From the NCBI GenBank assembly GCA_963796105.1, contig CAWCKJ010000004.1, forward strand, positions 192,001 through 256,000: a stretch of DNA of 64,000 bases. Direction: 5' to 3'. Below, piece by piece: positions 30,359-40,571 of the stretch. Source of the stretch: a candidate division FCPU426 bacterium (lineage in GTDB: Bacteria > Oederibacteriota > Muellerivitia > Muellerivitales > Muellerivitaceae). Made by a program: the position numbers and the translations under genes. How positions within the stretch are numbered: position 1 is the stretch's first letter; each line of letters opens with the position of its first letter. The notes beneath the pieces were generated by a model. The model was not told where the DNA came from and searched no databases. It saw only the letters and a list, made by a program, of their open reading frames with translations.

Positions 30359-32551
30359 TCAGCCTTTTGCCTGAAGGCGGAATAACCCGCAATGCAGGGG
30401 CCCGGGAATATGGCCCGGCCTGAAAGCTTCCGGGAGCCAGCCTTCCTCCATGAGTTTCTTCCCCGTAAAAAACAATTTTTTACCAAGCACTTCATAATAT
30501 TGGTTTGGATCCAAACCCCTCAAGCGGATGGGTTTTACCCCTGAAGGCTCCTGGGGAGGCCTCACCTGGAACACGAATAGCAACGCTTCCCGCAAGCCGG
30601 GACTGGTGAACATCCAGGAGCACCTGTCGGTGCCGTAGGGACTTTCCAACCGATGGAAATTCCCGAACTGCACGGTATCCCTGATTTCCTTATAGAGGGC
30701 GATATACCCCGCCATTTCCCTCCGTTCGTCCTTGCCCCATTTGGAAACGTCCAGTTCCAGGCCGAAATTGGCCGACATGGCCAGGTGGGCCCGCCACTTG
30801 AGGGGCGATTCCCTCTTGGTAATGTGGTTGGGCGAGGAGGAAACGTGGGAGCCCTGGGCGATGGGGGGATAGCCGAAAGTGGTCCCGTACTGAATTAAAA
30901 GACGGTCCAGGCCGTCCATGTTGTCCGAGGACCAGATTTGGGGGTGGTAGCTCAGGATGCCCAGGTCGAATCGGCCTCCTCCTCCCGCGCAGCCCTCGAA
31001 GAGGACTTGGGGAAACCTTTTATTGAGTCTCTCCATCAACTCGTAAAGCCCCAGCGCGTAACGGTGGTAGGTCTCGGATTGCCGGTGGGGCGGCAAGGCC
31101 AGGGTCCCAACCTCCGTAAGAGGACGGTTCATGTCCCATTTCACGTAATCGACTTTCCCCTCCTCGAACACGGCAGAGAGGGTTTCGAAGAGATAGTCCC
31201 TGATCTCCTTCTGCCCCATATCCAACACCAGCTGGTTGCGGGCGGTCTTTCGCTCCCGTCCCGGCACGTGCAGGCACCAGTCCGGGTGTTTCTCGTACAG
31301 GCGGCTTCTCGGGCTGATCATTTCCGGCTCGACCCAAAGGCCGAACAGGAGCCCCATGGCGTGGAGTTCCTCCCCAAGGCCCTTCAAGCCCCTGGGAAGC
31401 TTTTTGGGGTCCACGATCCAGTCCCCCAGCGAGGAATCGTCCTTGTCCCGTTTCCCGAACCAACCGTCGTCCAGGACCAGCAGCTCAACGCCCAATTCCC
31501 TGGCGGACTTCCCGATCCGCGCGATGTCCTCGTGCTTGAAATTGAAATAGGTGGCCTCCCAGTTGTTGATGAGGATGGGCCGTGGCTTGTCGCGCCAGGC
31601 GCCCCTCGCCACCCTTTGGCGGATGAATTTATGGAATGCCTGGCTGAGGCCGTCATAGCCTTTTTCGGAATAGCTTGTCACGCACTCGGGAGTCACGAAA
31701 CTTTCCCCCGGCTCCAGGGTCCATTTGAATCCGAAATCGTTGATGCCGCTGTTCAATCGAAGCCTTCGGTCGTGGTAAACCTCGGCCTCCAAAAGCCAAT
31801 TGCCGCTGTAGGCCAGGGACAGGCCGTAAACGCCACCCTCCTCCTCCCCGGCCCCCGCCTTGGCGGCCATGACGAAGGGGTTCAAGTCATGGGAGGAAAT
31901 GCCCCTGCGGCTTTCCAGCCGGACGATACCCTGCAGGAGGGGCCTTTCCTGGAAGTTGCGCTCATGCGCCCAGGCGCCCCCGAAGCTGATGAGCTTGTAG
32001 TCCGCCGCCGGGAGATCCAATCCAAGGCTCATGAGCTTCAGGATCCGGCAGGGGCTGGTTCCCAGGTTGTGGAGCCGGGCCCGCCGGATAAGGATGTCCC
32101 ATTCGGGATAGAGGGTGTAATAGAGGGTGAGTTCCTGCCACGCCGGCTCATCGGCCAGGGTGATGCAAAGCGTTTGGGCTTCGCCCTCTTTCTCCACGGT
32201 GGAGGAGGGCAGGCCCGAAAATTCCGGCTTGCCCGGCAGGATCTCGTGGCGGAGGTAGGTGAATGAGCTTACGCGCGAACCATCCGCCTGCTCCAGCAGG
32301 AAAGCGGGGGTCCGCAGGTCGTTGTGGCCGAAATCGGCGAATTCCCGGTTATAGGACTCGAAAGAGGCGTTGGAGCCTGTGACCGAGGTTTGGCCTCGCC
32401 AATCCTGGAATAGCTTCTCAGTTTCCCCTTCCTTCAGCGGCTTGTCCCAATAGAGGTGGTGAAGGCCTCCCTGGGCCGGAAAGCCCAGGAGGTAGGAAAA
32501 GCCCTTGGCTTCCAGCAGGAAAAGCTTTTTATCGGGGTCGAACGAGATCAT
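30359..32551 (-). CDS. GH36 alpha-galactosidase
   Basis: INNWEATYF, VLDDGWFG, FGLWVEPEMI, YVKWDMNR, CAGGGGRFD, WSSDNMD; no signal peptide. Confidence 0.93.
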   Translation of the reverse strand: MISFDPDKKLFLLEAKGFSYLLGFPAQGGLHHLYWDKPLKEGETEKLFQDWRGQTSVTGSNASFESYNREFADFGHNDLRTPAFLLEQADGSRVSSFTYLRHEILPGKPEFSGLPSSTVEKEGEAQTLCITLADEPAWQELTLYYTLYPEWDILIRRARLHNLGTSPCRILKLMSLGLDLPAADYKLISFGGAWAHERNFQERPLLQGIVRLESRRGISSHDLNPFVMAAKAGAGEEEGGVYGLSLAYSGNWLLEAEVYHDRRLRLNSGINDFGFKWTLEPGESFVTPECVTSYSEKGYDGLSQAFHKFIRQRVARGAWRDKPRPILINNWEATYFNFKHEDIARIGKSARELGVELLVLDDGWFGKRDKDDSSLGDWIVDPKKLPRGLKGLGEELHAMGLLFGLWVEPEMISPRSRLYEKHPDWCLHVPGRERKTARNQLVLDMGQKEIRDYLFETLSAVFEEGKVDYVKWDMNRPLTEVGTLALPPHRQSETYHRYALGLYELMERLNKRFPQVLFEGCAGGGGRFDLGILSYHPQIWSSDNMDGLDRLLIQYGTTFGYPPIAQGSHVSSSPNHITKRESPLKWRAHLAMSANFGLELDVSKWGKDERREMAGYIALYKEIRDTVQFGNFHRLESPYGTDRCSWMFTSPGLREALLFVFQVRPPQEPSGVKPIRLRGLDPNQYYEVLGKKLFFTGKKLMEEGWLPEAFRPGHIPGPLHCGLFRLQAKG

Positions 32552-32585
32552 GGAAACCTTAACCAAAAAAATAAATACTAATTTT

Positions 32586-32725
32586 TCGCCACGGATGCAT
32601 GGGATTCATGGGATTAAAGCCTTTCTTCCTCAGACTATCTGAGTGCATACCCCTGAATCGACAAAAAAAAATCCAGGGAACATACGCCAAGCCCTGTGCA
32701 CTGCTGAAAGCAGCCTGTGGTGAAA
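32586..32725. repeat. Structured intergenic repeat element
   Basis: Begins gccacggatgcatgggat (shared with the 48.3 and 58.8 kb elements); ends ctgctgaaagcagcctgtggtgaaa, the reverse complement of the 55013 arm. Confidence 0.65.
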
Positions 32726-32737
32726 GTTTTTTTATCC

Positions 32738-34033
32738 TTACGGTTTTCCAAAGTACTTCTTGTTGATCGCCGCGTTCAACTGCGGCACGGCCTCCTCGGG
32801 AGTCTTGTTCCCCATCCAGACAGGGTCCATGCCAGGACCCACCTGGCCGTTCCAGATCTCGCTCCAGCCCTTGAGGAAGGGGGCGTAATGGGAGTTTTGG
32901 GGCATTTCCAGGAGGATCTTCTTGTTGGCGGCTCCCGGGCTTTTCAGGAAGGCGTCCGACTGGGCCACCTTGACCAAGGCCGGCTGAAGCATGCCGGTTT
33001 GGGTCAATTGGGTCACCAGTTCCGCTCCCGCCAGTTCCTTGATCACTTCCCAGGCCTTATCCTTGTTCTTGCTTCCCTTCCACATGGCGCAGCCGGTCCC
33101 GCCGGTTCCCCAGCCCCGGGTCCCGTGAGGGCCCATGGGAAATTCCGTCACGTCGAAATCCAGGTCCTTTTTCTGGAGGAACCCCACCGTGTGCCAGACG
33201 CCCGAGCACATCATGGCCACCTGGCCGTTCATGAACATGTGCTCCGCGCCGTTGCCGAAATTGAAGTTCTGGATCTCGCTGTAGGTGGGCGACACATGGT
33301 AGGTGTAGCTCATGTCCCATCGGAACCGGTAGGCCTCCAGAACCTTGGAGGAATCCAGAGCCAGGCGGGTGGGATGGTCCTCGCTGTCCATGAAGTAGCC
33401 CCCGTTGCTAAACATGAAAATGTCCGCGTTGGTGCCGTAGGGGTCGGCGAAAGCCCACTGGGTGATCCTTCCCTTGGCGTCTTTCTTCACGAATTTCTTG
33501 CAGTAGGTCAGGAAGGGTTCGGGCCATTTCCACTCGGGAGTGGGATAGGGCACCCCGGCCTCGTCAAAAAGTTTCTTGTTGTAATAGAGAAGTCCAGTGG
33601 GGGCAATGTCGGTGGGGATAGCGTAAAGTCCGCCATCGGGGCTGTAGCGCTTCAGGGCCGAGGAGTAATAATCATTCGGGTCCATCTTGTCGGCCTGGAA
33701 AAAGGGCATCAGGTTCTCGAAAGCGCCTCGGGTGTACATGTCCGGGAAATTGCTGGCCTCCACACTGATCACATCCGGGGCGTCATTGGCGCCCATCTCC
33801 ATGGTGATCTTGTCCATGTAGGAGTTGTAGGGGATGTTTTCCACCTTGACCTTGAGGCCCGGATGGCGGCTCTCGATTCCCTTGATGGTATCGTTCAGGA
33901 TCTTGATGAGGATGGGGTCGGTCGTGAACACCGCCACCCGGACGGCTGACTCCTTGGGTTTGAGCAGGCATCCCGCCTGGAATAACAGCGTCAAGGCCAG
34001 GCATGCCGCCGCGAAATGGATTATGCGCCTCAT
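32738..34033 (-). CDS. ABC sugar transporter substrate-binding lipoprotein
   Basis: Lipobox QAGC; APDVI, LYAIP, LLYYNKKLFDEAGV.YP, FMNGQVAM; GGAGG upstream of ATG 34033. Confidence 0.9.
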   Translation of the reverse strand: MRRIIHFAAACLALTLLFQAGCLLKPKESAVRVAVFTTDPILIKILNDTIKGIESRHPGLKVKVENIPYNSYMDKITMEMGANDAPDVISVEASNFPDMYTRGAFENLMPFFQADKMDPNDYYSSALKRYSPDGGLYAIPTDIAPTGLLYYNKKLFDEAGVPYPTPEWKWPEPFLTYCKKFVKKDAKGRITQWAFADPYGTNADIFMFSNGGYFMDSEDHPTRLALDSSKVLEAYRFRWDMSYTYHVSPTYSEIQNFNFGNGAEHMFMNGQVAMMCSGVWHTVGFLQKKDLDFDVTEFPMGPHGTRGWGTGGTGCAMWKGSKNKDKAWEVIKELAGAELVTQLTQTGMLQPALVKVAQSDAFLKSPGAANKKILLEMPQNSHYAPFLKGWSEIWNGQVGPGMDPVWMGNKTPEEAVPQLNAAINKKYFGKP

Positions 34034-34215
34034 AATTCCCCTCCGATAAAAAGAATGATTGGACCGGAGGAAAGCATAACGAAGAAAGAGGACCTTTTCC
34101 CTAAAAATTTTCAAAACCCCTAACAGTTCTTGAAACAACCATGAAACTTTTGAACAAATTTTCACGGGTTATTTTGAAATCATGGGTGGGATAAAGAAAA
34201 ACAATGAAATCCAAT

Positions 34216-34249
34216 AAAAAAGCCCAGGGCCGGTACCAACCCTGGGCTT
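34216..34249 (-). terminator. Intrinsic terminator after the 34268 lipoprotein gene
   Basis: gcccaggg/ccctgggc stem with a T6 run on the minus strand. Confidence 0.7.
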
Positions 34250-34267
34250 CACATCGGGATTTACCCG

Positions 34268-35953
34268 TCAATAAACTTGGATATTATCCAGCATCAGGTC
34301 GAAATTGCCGCCACCGGTGTAATGCCAAAGCAATTGTATGACATGCTGAGGATCAAATCCTGCTGAGGCCGTAAAGGGCTGCGAGAAATTCTGCCAGCTA
34401 TTGGTCAAAGTCACGTTCCAGGAACCTTCCGTTCCGCTTAAATTCGTGGTCCCAAAAGTCCAATTAGTGGCGCCCACACCCGCGGGTCCTTCCTTGCAAA
34501 GGAACTCAATGTTTGAATACTGGCCTCCCTGGGTCATGTCGAAAGGTGTCGTTACTCCCGCGCTGACTGAGGAAACCCCAAACCCGATATTTCCGCTTCC
34601 TGTGCCGGCATAATCAATGCACCAGGGGTCGGGATTACCTGAGGTGTCCGTGTTCATGGACCTGAAAAATGTCGCTCCCCAGGGATTGAATCCCGTCGCT
34701 ATGGAAGGACAGCTGTTCGAGGTGCCGTAAGTAAACCAATAATTAGGCGGGTATCCCAAGGGGCCCGAGATGGTGTTGGTGGCGTTCGGATATCCCGGGG
34801 GGAAACCCATCCCGCTGTCGATCATAGCGGTCGGCATAGGCGTGGGAGGGGCCGGATCGGCGTTTGAGACGAACTGGACCTGGTCCACCACGATATCGTA
34901 TTTGAACGGGTAATTGCCCGCGCACCAGGGCGACCAGACAATATCCTTCAGCGAGGAATAGTTTATAGCGGCCCCGGAGTTCAGCTGGTCGAAATAAATC
35001 GTGTATTGTTTCCAAGAATTGGTCAACGGAATCATAAGGTTCCCTTGATTGGTGATTGGAAAGGTAATCCAGTGCATGATGAACTGGCAGGGCATTGCGT
35101 TTCCGCAAATAGGGGCGCTGATATTACTGCCGGAGGTGTTTTTCGCGATGGCCCAAAAACTGATGCCAGTGTAATTCAAGGCGCCCGTCACGGGATAAGT
35201 GGGAGGTATCCCATAACCCGGTTGGTTGCAAAAATAAAAACCAAAACTCGCCGGGGAATTATCGGGGGGATCGCTTGAACTGCCGTTGATTTGTCCCGAG
35301 AACTCCATACCGTTTCCGGAGTACCCCGTAGCCAGGGCGAGTGGATTTTGCGTGTCCGCACCGCCCGGCCTGCTTAAACCGTCATCACCCACGAACCAAG
35401 TCCCGTCCCTTGTATTTCCGTTGGCGTCCATCATGAGAATGATCTGGCTGACAGGCACTCCCCCATTCTGCGTGCAGTCCATATCGGCGATCATGTCTGG
35501 ATTGGAGCACACAACAACGTTTACAGTTGGCGTGGGGGTATTAGTCAAGATTTGTGTAGGGCTGTTTGTGATGGTGAATGTCGAAGTAATCGTAGGTGAA
35601 AAGGTAGGAGTTAACGTCGCCGCAAAGTTTGATGTAGATGTTTGTGATGGGGTAGCTGTTAAAGTGGAAGTCAGTGTGTCCGTCGGGGATTGAGTCCCAG
35701 TCTCCGTATTCGTCGGCGTCGTTGTCACTGTGTTGGTCAAAGTGTGAGTACTGGTTGGAGTTCGCGTTGGGGTCGGAGTCGGGGTTACTGTCGAGGTGAA
35801 AGTGGCTGTTTGGATACTGGTATTGGTGGCGGTGGCGTTCGCGGAAGGCGACACCGGTGGAACCGAGAAATTTCTCGTGCATCCCACGAAAAGAACCCCG
35901 GTTACTGCCACGCCGAGAAATGTCCAGGTGATCCATTTTTTTCCGTTTTTCAT
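34268..35953 (-). CDS. Thr/Pro-stalked lipoprotein with two CBM11-like domains
   Basis: VGCTRNFSV lipobox; long Thr-rich stalk; YTGISFWA...WKQYTIYF...VDQVQF and WQNFSQPF...LDNIQVY. Confidence 0.72.
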   Translation of the reverse strand: MKNGKKWITWTFLGVAVTGVLFVGCTRNFSVPPVSPSANATATNTSIQTATFTSTVTPTPTPTRTPTSTHTLTNTVTTTPTNTETGTQSPTDTLTSTLTATPSQTSTSNFAATLTPTFSPTITSTFTITNSPTQILTNTPTPTVNVVVCSNPDMIADMDCTQNGGVPVSQIILMMDANGNTRDGTWFVGDDGLSRPGGADTQNPLALATGYSGNGMEFSGQINGSSSDPPDNSPASFGFYFCNQPGYGIPPTYPVTGALNYTGISFWAIAKNTSGSNISAPICGNAMPCQFIMHWITFPITNQGNLMIPLTNSWKQYTIYFDQLNSGAAINYSSLKDIVWSPWCAGNYPFKYDIVVDQVQFVSNADPAPPTPMPTAMIDSGMGFPPGYPNATNTISGPLGYPPNYWFTYGTSNSCPSIATGFNPWGATFFRSMNTDTSGNPDPWCIDYAGTGSGNIGFGVSSVSAGVTTPFDMTQGGQYSNIEFLCKEGPAGVGATNWTFGTTNLSGTEGSWNVTLTNSWQNFSQPFTASAGFDPQHVIQLLWHYTGGGNFDLMLDNIQVY

Positions 35954-36048
35954 TTTTCCCTCGTCCTATTGATTCCGGAAGGCCTAAGTCTTTAATTCGA
36001 CGTTAGCCGTCCTAGATTTAAAAACAATCTTTAATTAAGAGAACCTTT

Positions 36049-36062
36049 AAATGATACCACAA
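36049..36062 (-). promoter_or_regulatory. Conserved extended -10 element TTGTGGTATCATTT (copy 1)
   Basis: Identical 14-mer upstream of three paralogous lipoprotein genes; fits TGnTAnnnT. Confidence 0.7.
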
Positions 36063-36170
36063 GGCCGATATCCATTTTAGGGAGAAAACCCCACCTGGGG
36101 CGGGTCTTTCGGCAGGATTTCGGCCAACCAAGGGCCTTTTGTCCCGGCCCCCTATCGCGCACGGCACGCT

Positions 36171-36206
36171 AAAAAAAAGGCGGTCCGCCTGAAAGCGGAC
36201 CGCCTT
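36171..36206 (-). terminator. Intrinsic terminator after the 36226 gene
   Basis: aaggcggtccgc/gcggaccgcctt stem with a T8 run on the minus strand. Confidence 0.8.
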
Positions 36207-36225
36207 CGTCAATCGGGACTACTTC

Positions 36226-39200
36226 TTAATAAAGCTGAACATTGTCAATCACAAAGTCCCCGGGCACCGAGCCTCCTAAATTCACCTCAATGCCAACTGT
36301 CGTTACATTCGTATTATCCGTCGCCCAGGTGCCGCCGGATGGCGCAAAAGTCAACGCGTTCCAGCCATTATAAGGGTAGGTCCCCGCGGGGTTGTTAATC
36401 CAGGTATTTTGCGGGCTGGTCGCGCCCAAACCATAGGTCCCCCCATAGGCTTTGCCGTTAGCTTTTACGTATAAGCCTGTGAACACATTCGTATTTCCTG
36501 TCCAAAGGTCGGAATTAAACCAAGCCTGGCAACTGACGCCCGTAAGATTATATAACTGGAAATTGATCGGCAATGTGGCCGTGGCACCAGAAGGACCGCT
36601 GTTCACTTCGGCCTGGACATCATTTTCATTGCCAGCCATCACTATATCCAAACCATAGGTACTGGTATCGGTTGTTCCGCCAAAAGTGGTTATATTTGTC
36701 ACCGCCACGGAATCATCCGAGGGATAAGCGACATACCAGCCATCTATTGCATTATCCTCAAACGTCCACACCTCGCCCGTTACCGCGATAGGCGTATTAG
36801 TAGGCGTGGCGGTGGGCGCTCCGAGCACTGGTGTGTCGGTGGAGGTTGGCGTCATTGTGGGCGTCGGGGTCGGCAAGTAGGTAATCGTAACATCATCGAT
36901 ATAGATGTTCCCCGAGGCGCCAGGCGGCACCTGACCTAACTGCAAACCAATGGCGGTGATGTTGGTGGGGTCATCCCCCTGCGCGCCTACCGTGTAGGTA
37001 ATTTGAACCCAACGAGCGTCATCGGTACCCTGGTTCATCTCATGCCAGACGTTTTTGAAACCCGCGCTTCCATTATCAAAGGGTTGAATGTTCGTCTGCC
37101 AGGCGTTTGGGTTCACCAGGCTCGTATCCACCCAAACCCACATGGTAATGAGGGCATTGGAAAGGTTTTGAGCGGTCGCATAATTCAGGGTGATATTAAA
37201 GTTCTCCGCCGCGGTCGCGCTAGTGTTGTGGATAGTCGTAAAGTAAGAACTCGTGCCTCCATGGTATTCCAAAGTGGAAAGACCGTAAGAGAGAATATCT
37301 CCCGCCGGCGCACCGTTGGCTGGTTCTGTGTCCCAGCAATCCGTCGAGGTCTCAAACGTGTATGTCGTCTGGATGCTCGGCGCAGAGCATGATACAGGTG
37401 TCGTTGCTGTTTGAGTGGGCGTGCTGGTGTTTGCCCCGCCTGATGTGGCCGTGGCTGTCGGCGTGTTTGTGGCTATTGGGAAGGTAATCTGAACGTTGTC
37501 GATGTAAACATTACCCGACGCTCCCGGACCCACATTCTGCACCTGCAAGCCAAATTGATTCATGGAAGTACCGCCAGCGCCGATTGTCACGCTCAAGTTG
37601 TACCAAGTGTTGGTAGGAATTACTGGCCCCAAGGCGGTCCAGTTATCAGTCCAAGGGTCTTGGGCGAAAGGATCAAGGGCCGTGGTCCAATCAGGCAGTG
37701 TCTTCAAAGAAGCGTCAACATAAACCCACATGGAGATAATCGCTCCCGCCAAGTTTTGGCTAGATGCGTAGGTAACCTCCACCTGGGCGTTTTGGTTTGT
37801 CGAACCACTGTTATTGATGGAAACAGCCAGTGAATTCGTGGAACCGGTGTAAACCTGGGCTGTTGAAAGTGAAATGTTCTGAACGATGGGAGAACCAGCA
37901 TCCGCATGCCAGCAATCAGTGCTGGTCGCGAATGTATAGGTCATTTGGATGGTGGCTGGGTTGCAGATGGTGGCCGTGGGTGTAGGTGTTACTGTTGCGG
38001 TAGGCGTGCTGGTGGGCGCGGGCGGCACTTGGACGACCAAGCGGTAATCCCCGCTTGGCTCATCCAGCCAGTTGTCGATAACCACTACTGTATATTGTTG
38101 TACAGTCAAGTCCACTACCAATTGGTCCAAGGGATCATTTCCGTTTGATGTCGCAATCAAATTATTGCCTGAATCCCAAAGGGTGTACTGCACTTGAACC
38201 TTGTTTGTCGTGTCATCGAAACAGTCCAGTGAGATCGTGCAGGGGCCAGCTGTTGCCGGCGTGAAGGTCCAGGTATTCGTTTCCTCGAAATTCACATCCA
38301 CATGGCCCGTCCCGACAGCATCCACCGTCACGGTCCCCAAGTCGGTGGTTCCGCTCGGGCTTCCCAATGGAATCGGCGCCGCTACGGGCGTCAAAGAGCA
38401 AGTGGGATTGAAGGTACTTAAGCACAAGTTGTAGGCTCCATAATTTCCAGTCCCAACGCCATCAACGATAATGTAATAAATCCCTGGTTGAAGAACCCCC
38501 GTCACAAATGAGGGAGCACCATCGCCACAGGAAGCAGAAGTTTGATCAAAATTGATTGTCGTGGAGGGATCAGACGGATTGGTCCGAAGGTAAAGCACCG
38601 GACTCCAGCTGGCAGCCCCGCAGAGACTGATATAGAGGTTGGTAGGTTGGTTTAAGTTGATTAGATAGGCGGAGTCTGGCGCGCCTTGCCCATAGGTGGT
38701 GGCTCCTATCGTCTCGTTATAAGTATCGACGCCTCCGGTGGTATCACCCGTTGTACATGTTCCGTCGATGCTGGAAGTGATATCCGTGATTCCGGGAACA
38801 GGCGTGGAGGTCCAAGTAGGAGTGTCAGTGCTGGTTGGAGACCAAGTTTGCGTGGGAGTGTTGGTCGAAGTTGGAGTGCTGGTCAAGGTCGGAGTGTTAG
38901 TGGGTGTAGCGGCATAGGTGATCTGCACATCGTCGATGTAAATGTTCCCCGAGACACCGGCCGGCAAATTCCCCAACTGCAAACCAATGGCCGTAATGTT
39001 GGTTGGATCATCCCCTTGCGCGCCTACCGTGTAGGTAATCTGCTCCCAACGAGCGTCATCCGTGCCTTGGTTCATCTCATGCCAGACATTCTTGAACCCG
39101 TTGCTACCATTATCAAAGGGTTGAATGTTCGTTTGCCATGCGGTCGGATTAACCAGGCTCGTATCCACCCAAACATACATGGTGATTGTGGCATTGGTAA

Positions 39201-39837
39201 GATTTTGGGGCGTCGCGTAGTTGAGGGTTAAGTTGATGTTCGCCGCCGCGCCGGAAGTGTTATTGATAGTCGCGTAAAAGGAACTGTTCCCGCCATGGTG
39301 TTCCAAAGTGGATAGACCATAAGCGGTGATGATGCTCGCCGGTGCGCCGTTGGCCGGAACAGGAATCCAACAGTCGGTAGAAGTCTCGAATGTGTAGGTC
39401 GTCTGCACGCTTGCCGCCGAACAGGTTGTTAGCGTGAGGGTGGGCGTAGCTGTCGCGACTGAAGTGGTGGTGGATGTGGGAGTGCTTGTTCTGGTTTGAG
39501 TCGGGGTATTTGTAGCGGACGAGGTCCCAGTCGTCGTGTTTGTCGGCGTCGAGGTCACTGTGTTGGTGGATGTAAAAACACCAGTCCACGTACTTGTTGG
39601 GGTGTTAGTCAATGTGGGTGTCGCGGTCGGGGTGGGTGTTAAAGTCAGTGTCGGGGTAATAGTCGGCGTGGGAGTATTGGGATTCGCACTGGTCGGAGTT
39701 GGGCTTAAAGTGGCCGTCACTAGGACGATCGGGGAAGAGGGTGAGACCGTCATGTTTCTCGTGCATCCTACGATCATGGCGCCAGCAGAAGCCGCGGCCA
39801 AGATTATTAACCCAATCCATCTTTGTGCGTTTTTCAT
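36226..39837 (-). CDS. Large modular lipoprotein: Thr/Pro stalks, four CBM-like domains, PPC-like domain pair
   Basis: VGCTRNMTV lipobox; three TYTF.TSTDCW...YID.V.IT modules; VLYLR...LQPGIYYIIVDG PPC-like module. Confidence 0.75.
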   Translation of the reverse strand: MKNAQRWIGLIILAAASAGAMIVGCTRNMTVSPSSPIVLVTATLSPTPTSANPNTPTPTITPTLTLTPTPTATPTLTNTPTSTWTGVFTSTNTVTSTPTNTTTGTSSATNTPTQTRTSTPTSTTTSVATATPTLTLTTCSAASVQTTYTFETSTDCWIPVPANGAPASIITAYGLSTLEHHGGNSSFYATINNTSGAAANINLTLNYATPQNLTNATITMYVWVDTSLVNPTAWQTNIQPFDNGSNGFKNVWHEMNQGTDDARWEQITYTVGAQGDDPTNITAIGLQLGNLPAGVSGNIYIDDVQITYAATPTNTPTLTSTPTSTNTPTQTWSPTSTDTPTWTSTPVPGITDITSSIDGTCTTGDTTGGVDTYNETIGATTYGQGAPDSAYLINLNQPTNLYISLCGAASWSPVLYLRTNPSDPSTTINFDQTSASCGDGAPSFVTGVLQPGIYYIIVDGVGTGNYGAYNLCLSTFNPTCSLTPVAAPIPLGSPSGTTDLGTVTVDAVGTGHVDVNFEETNTWTFTPATAGPCTISLDCFDDTTNKVQVQYTLWDSGNNLIATSNGNDPLDQLVVDLTVQQYTVVVIDNWLDEPSGDYRLVVQVPPAPTSTPTATVTPTPTATICNPATIQMTYTFATSTDCWHADAGSPIVQNISLSTAQVYTGSTNSLAVSINNSGSTNQNAQVEVTYASSQNLAGAIISMWVYVDASLKTLPDWTTALDPFAQDPWTDNWTALGPVIPTNTWYNLSVTIGAGGTSMNQFGLQVQNVGPGASGNVYIDNVQITFPIATNTPTATATSGGANTSTPTQTATTPVSCSAPSIQTTYTFETSTDCWDTEPANGAPAGDILSYGLSTLEYHGGTSSYFTTIHNTSATAAENFNITLNYATAQNLSNALITMWVWVDTSLVNPNAWQTNIQPFDNGSAGFKNVWHEMNQGTDDARWVQITYTVGAQGDDPTNITAIGLQLGQVPPGASGNIYIDDVTITYLPTPTPTMTPTSTDTPVLGAPTATPTNTPIAVTGEVWTFEDNAIDGWYVAYPSDDSVAVTNITTFGGTTDTSTYGLDIVMAGNENDVQAEVNSGPSGATATLPINFQLYNLTGVSCQAWFNSDLWTGNTNVFTGLYVKANGKAYGGTYGLGATSPQNTWINNPAGTYPYNGWNALTFAPSGGTWATDNTNVTTVGIEVNLGGSVPGDFVIDNVQLY

Positions 39838-39884
39838 TTTTCCCTCTGGAATTTAAAAAAATTAAGGATGACCGCGAAACCGTA

Positions 39885-39898
39885 AAATGATACCACAA
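39885..39898 (-). promoter_or_regulatory. Conserved extended -10 element TTGTGGTATCATTT (copy 2)
   Basis: Identical 14-mer 47 bp upstream of ATG 39837. Confidence 0.7.
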
Positions 39899-40243
39899 GC
39901 CCGCAATGCGCTTAATAAAGAAAAAGGCTCGGGATGACTCAAATCATATTCCCTGAAAGCCCTTTTCAATGCCTGCGGTTATGCTAAAAAATCATGGTAA
40001 ATTTGCGCAAAAACATCAATTCAAACCCCTTGAATTCAAGCCTTTCAAATGTTTTTGTATTATCAGGAAAGGGATTAAACTCTCATTTCATCCCAGCCAT
40101 TAAAAATGCCTGAAAAACAAGGAAACTTGGTGATTTTCGTTTCTATTCTTATAGATGGATTGCATGGGGTTTTATTCCATAAGAAAATTTTGAGGAAATA
40201 CCTGCAACCATTTAATGCTTTTGAGTAAATATGGCCTAACAAT

Positions 40244-40272
40244 AAAAAACGGCCCGGCTGAAAGCCGGGCCG
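40244..40272 (-). terminator. Intrinsic terminator
   Basis: cggcccggct/agccgggccg stem with a T6 run on the minus strand. Confidence 0.75.
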
Positions 40273-40304
40273 CGAGAAATATTCCGTACTGGTATAAGTG
40301 TTGC

Positions 40305-40517
40305 CTATTTCTTCTGTTTTTTCTTTTTGTATTTGGTCCAGGGATTGGGCTTGCCTGATTTATCGGTTGCCCCGAATTTGAACTTGGGATGCGGCCGATT
40401 CAATTTCCCGGCTTTTTTTTGGGAGTAAAACTTGGAATCCTTCGCATCAGGCAAAGCCAAGCTCGATGAAGCCGCAAGGAAAACGCTGGCCAAAACCAAG
40501 AGCATAAATTTTTTCAT
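40305..40517 (-). CDS. Small secreted Lys-rich protein (70 aa)
   Basis: GGGAGG RBS, signal peptide MKKFMLLVLASVFLAASSSLA, strongly basic mature part. Confidence 0.6.
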   Translation of the reverse strand: MKKFMLLVLASVFLAASSSLALPDAKDSKFYSQKKAGKLNRPHPKFKFGATDKSGKPNPWTKYKKKKQKK

Positions 40518-40571
40518 GAAAACCTCCCTCAATCCAAAGATGATTTTTTCAACCGTAAATCCATTCATTGA

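Noticed and set aside
30938..32266. Long antisense ORFs (also 32717-33949, 46147-47544, 56331-57575, 29158-30072)
   Set aside because: Shadow frames opposite well-supported GC-rich genes, with no recognisable motifs
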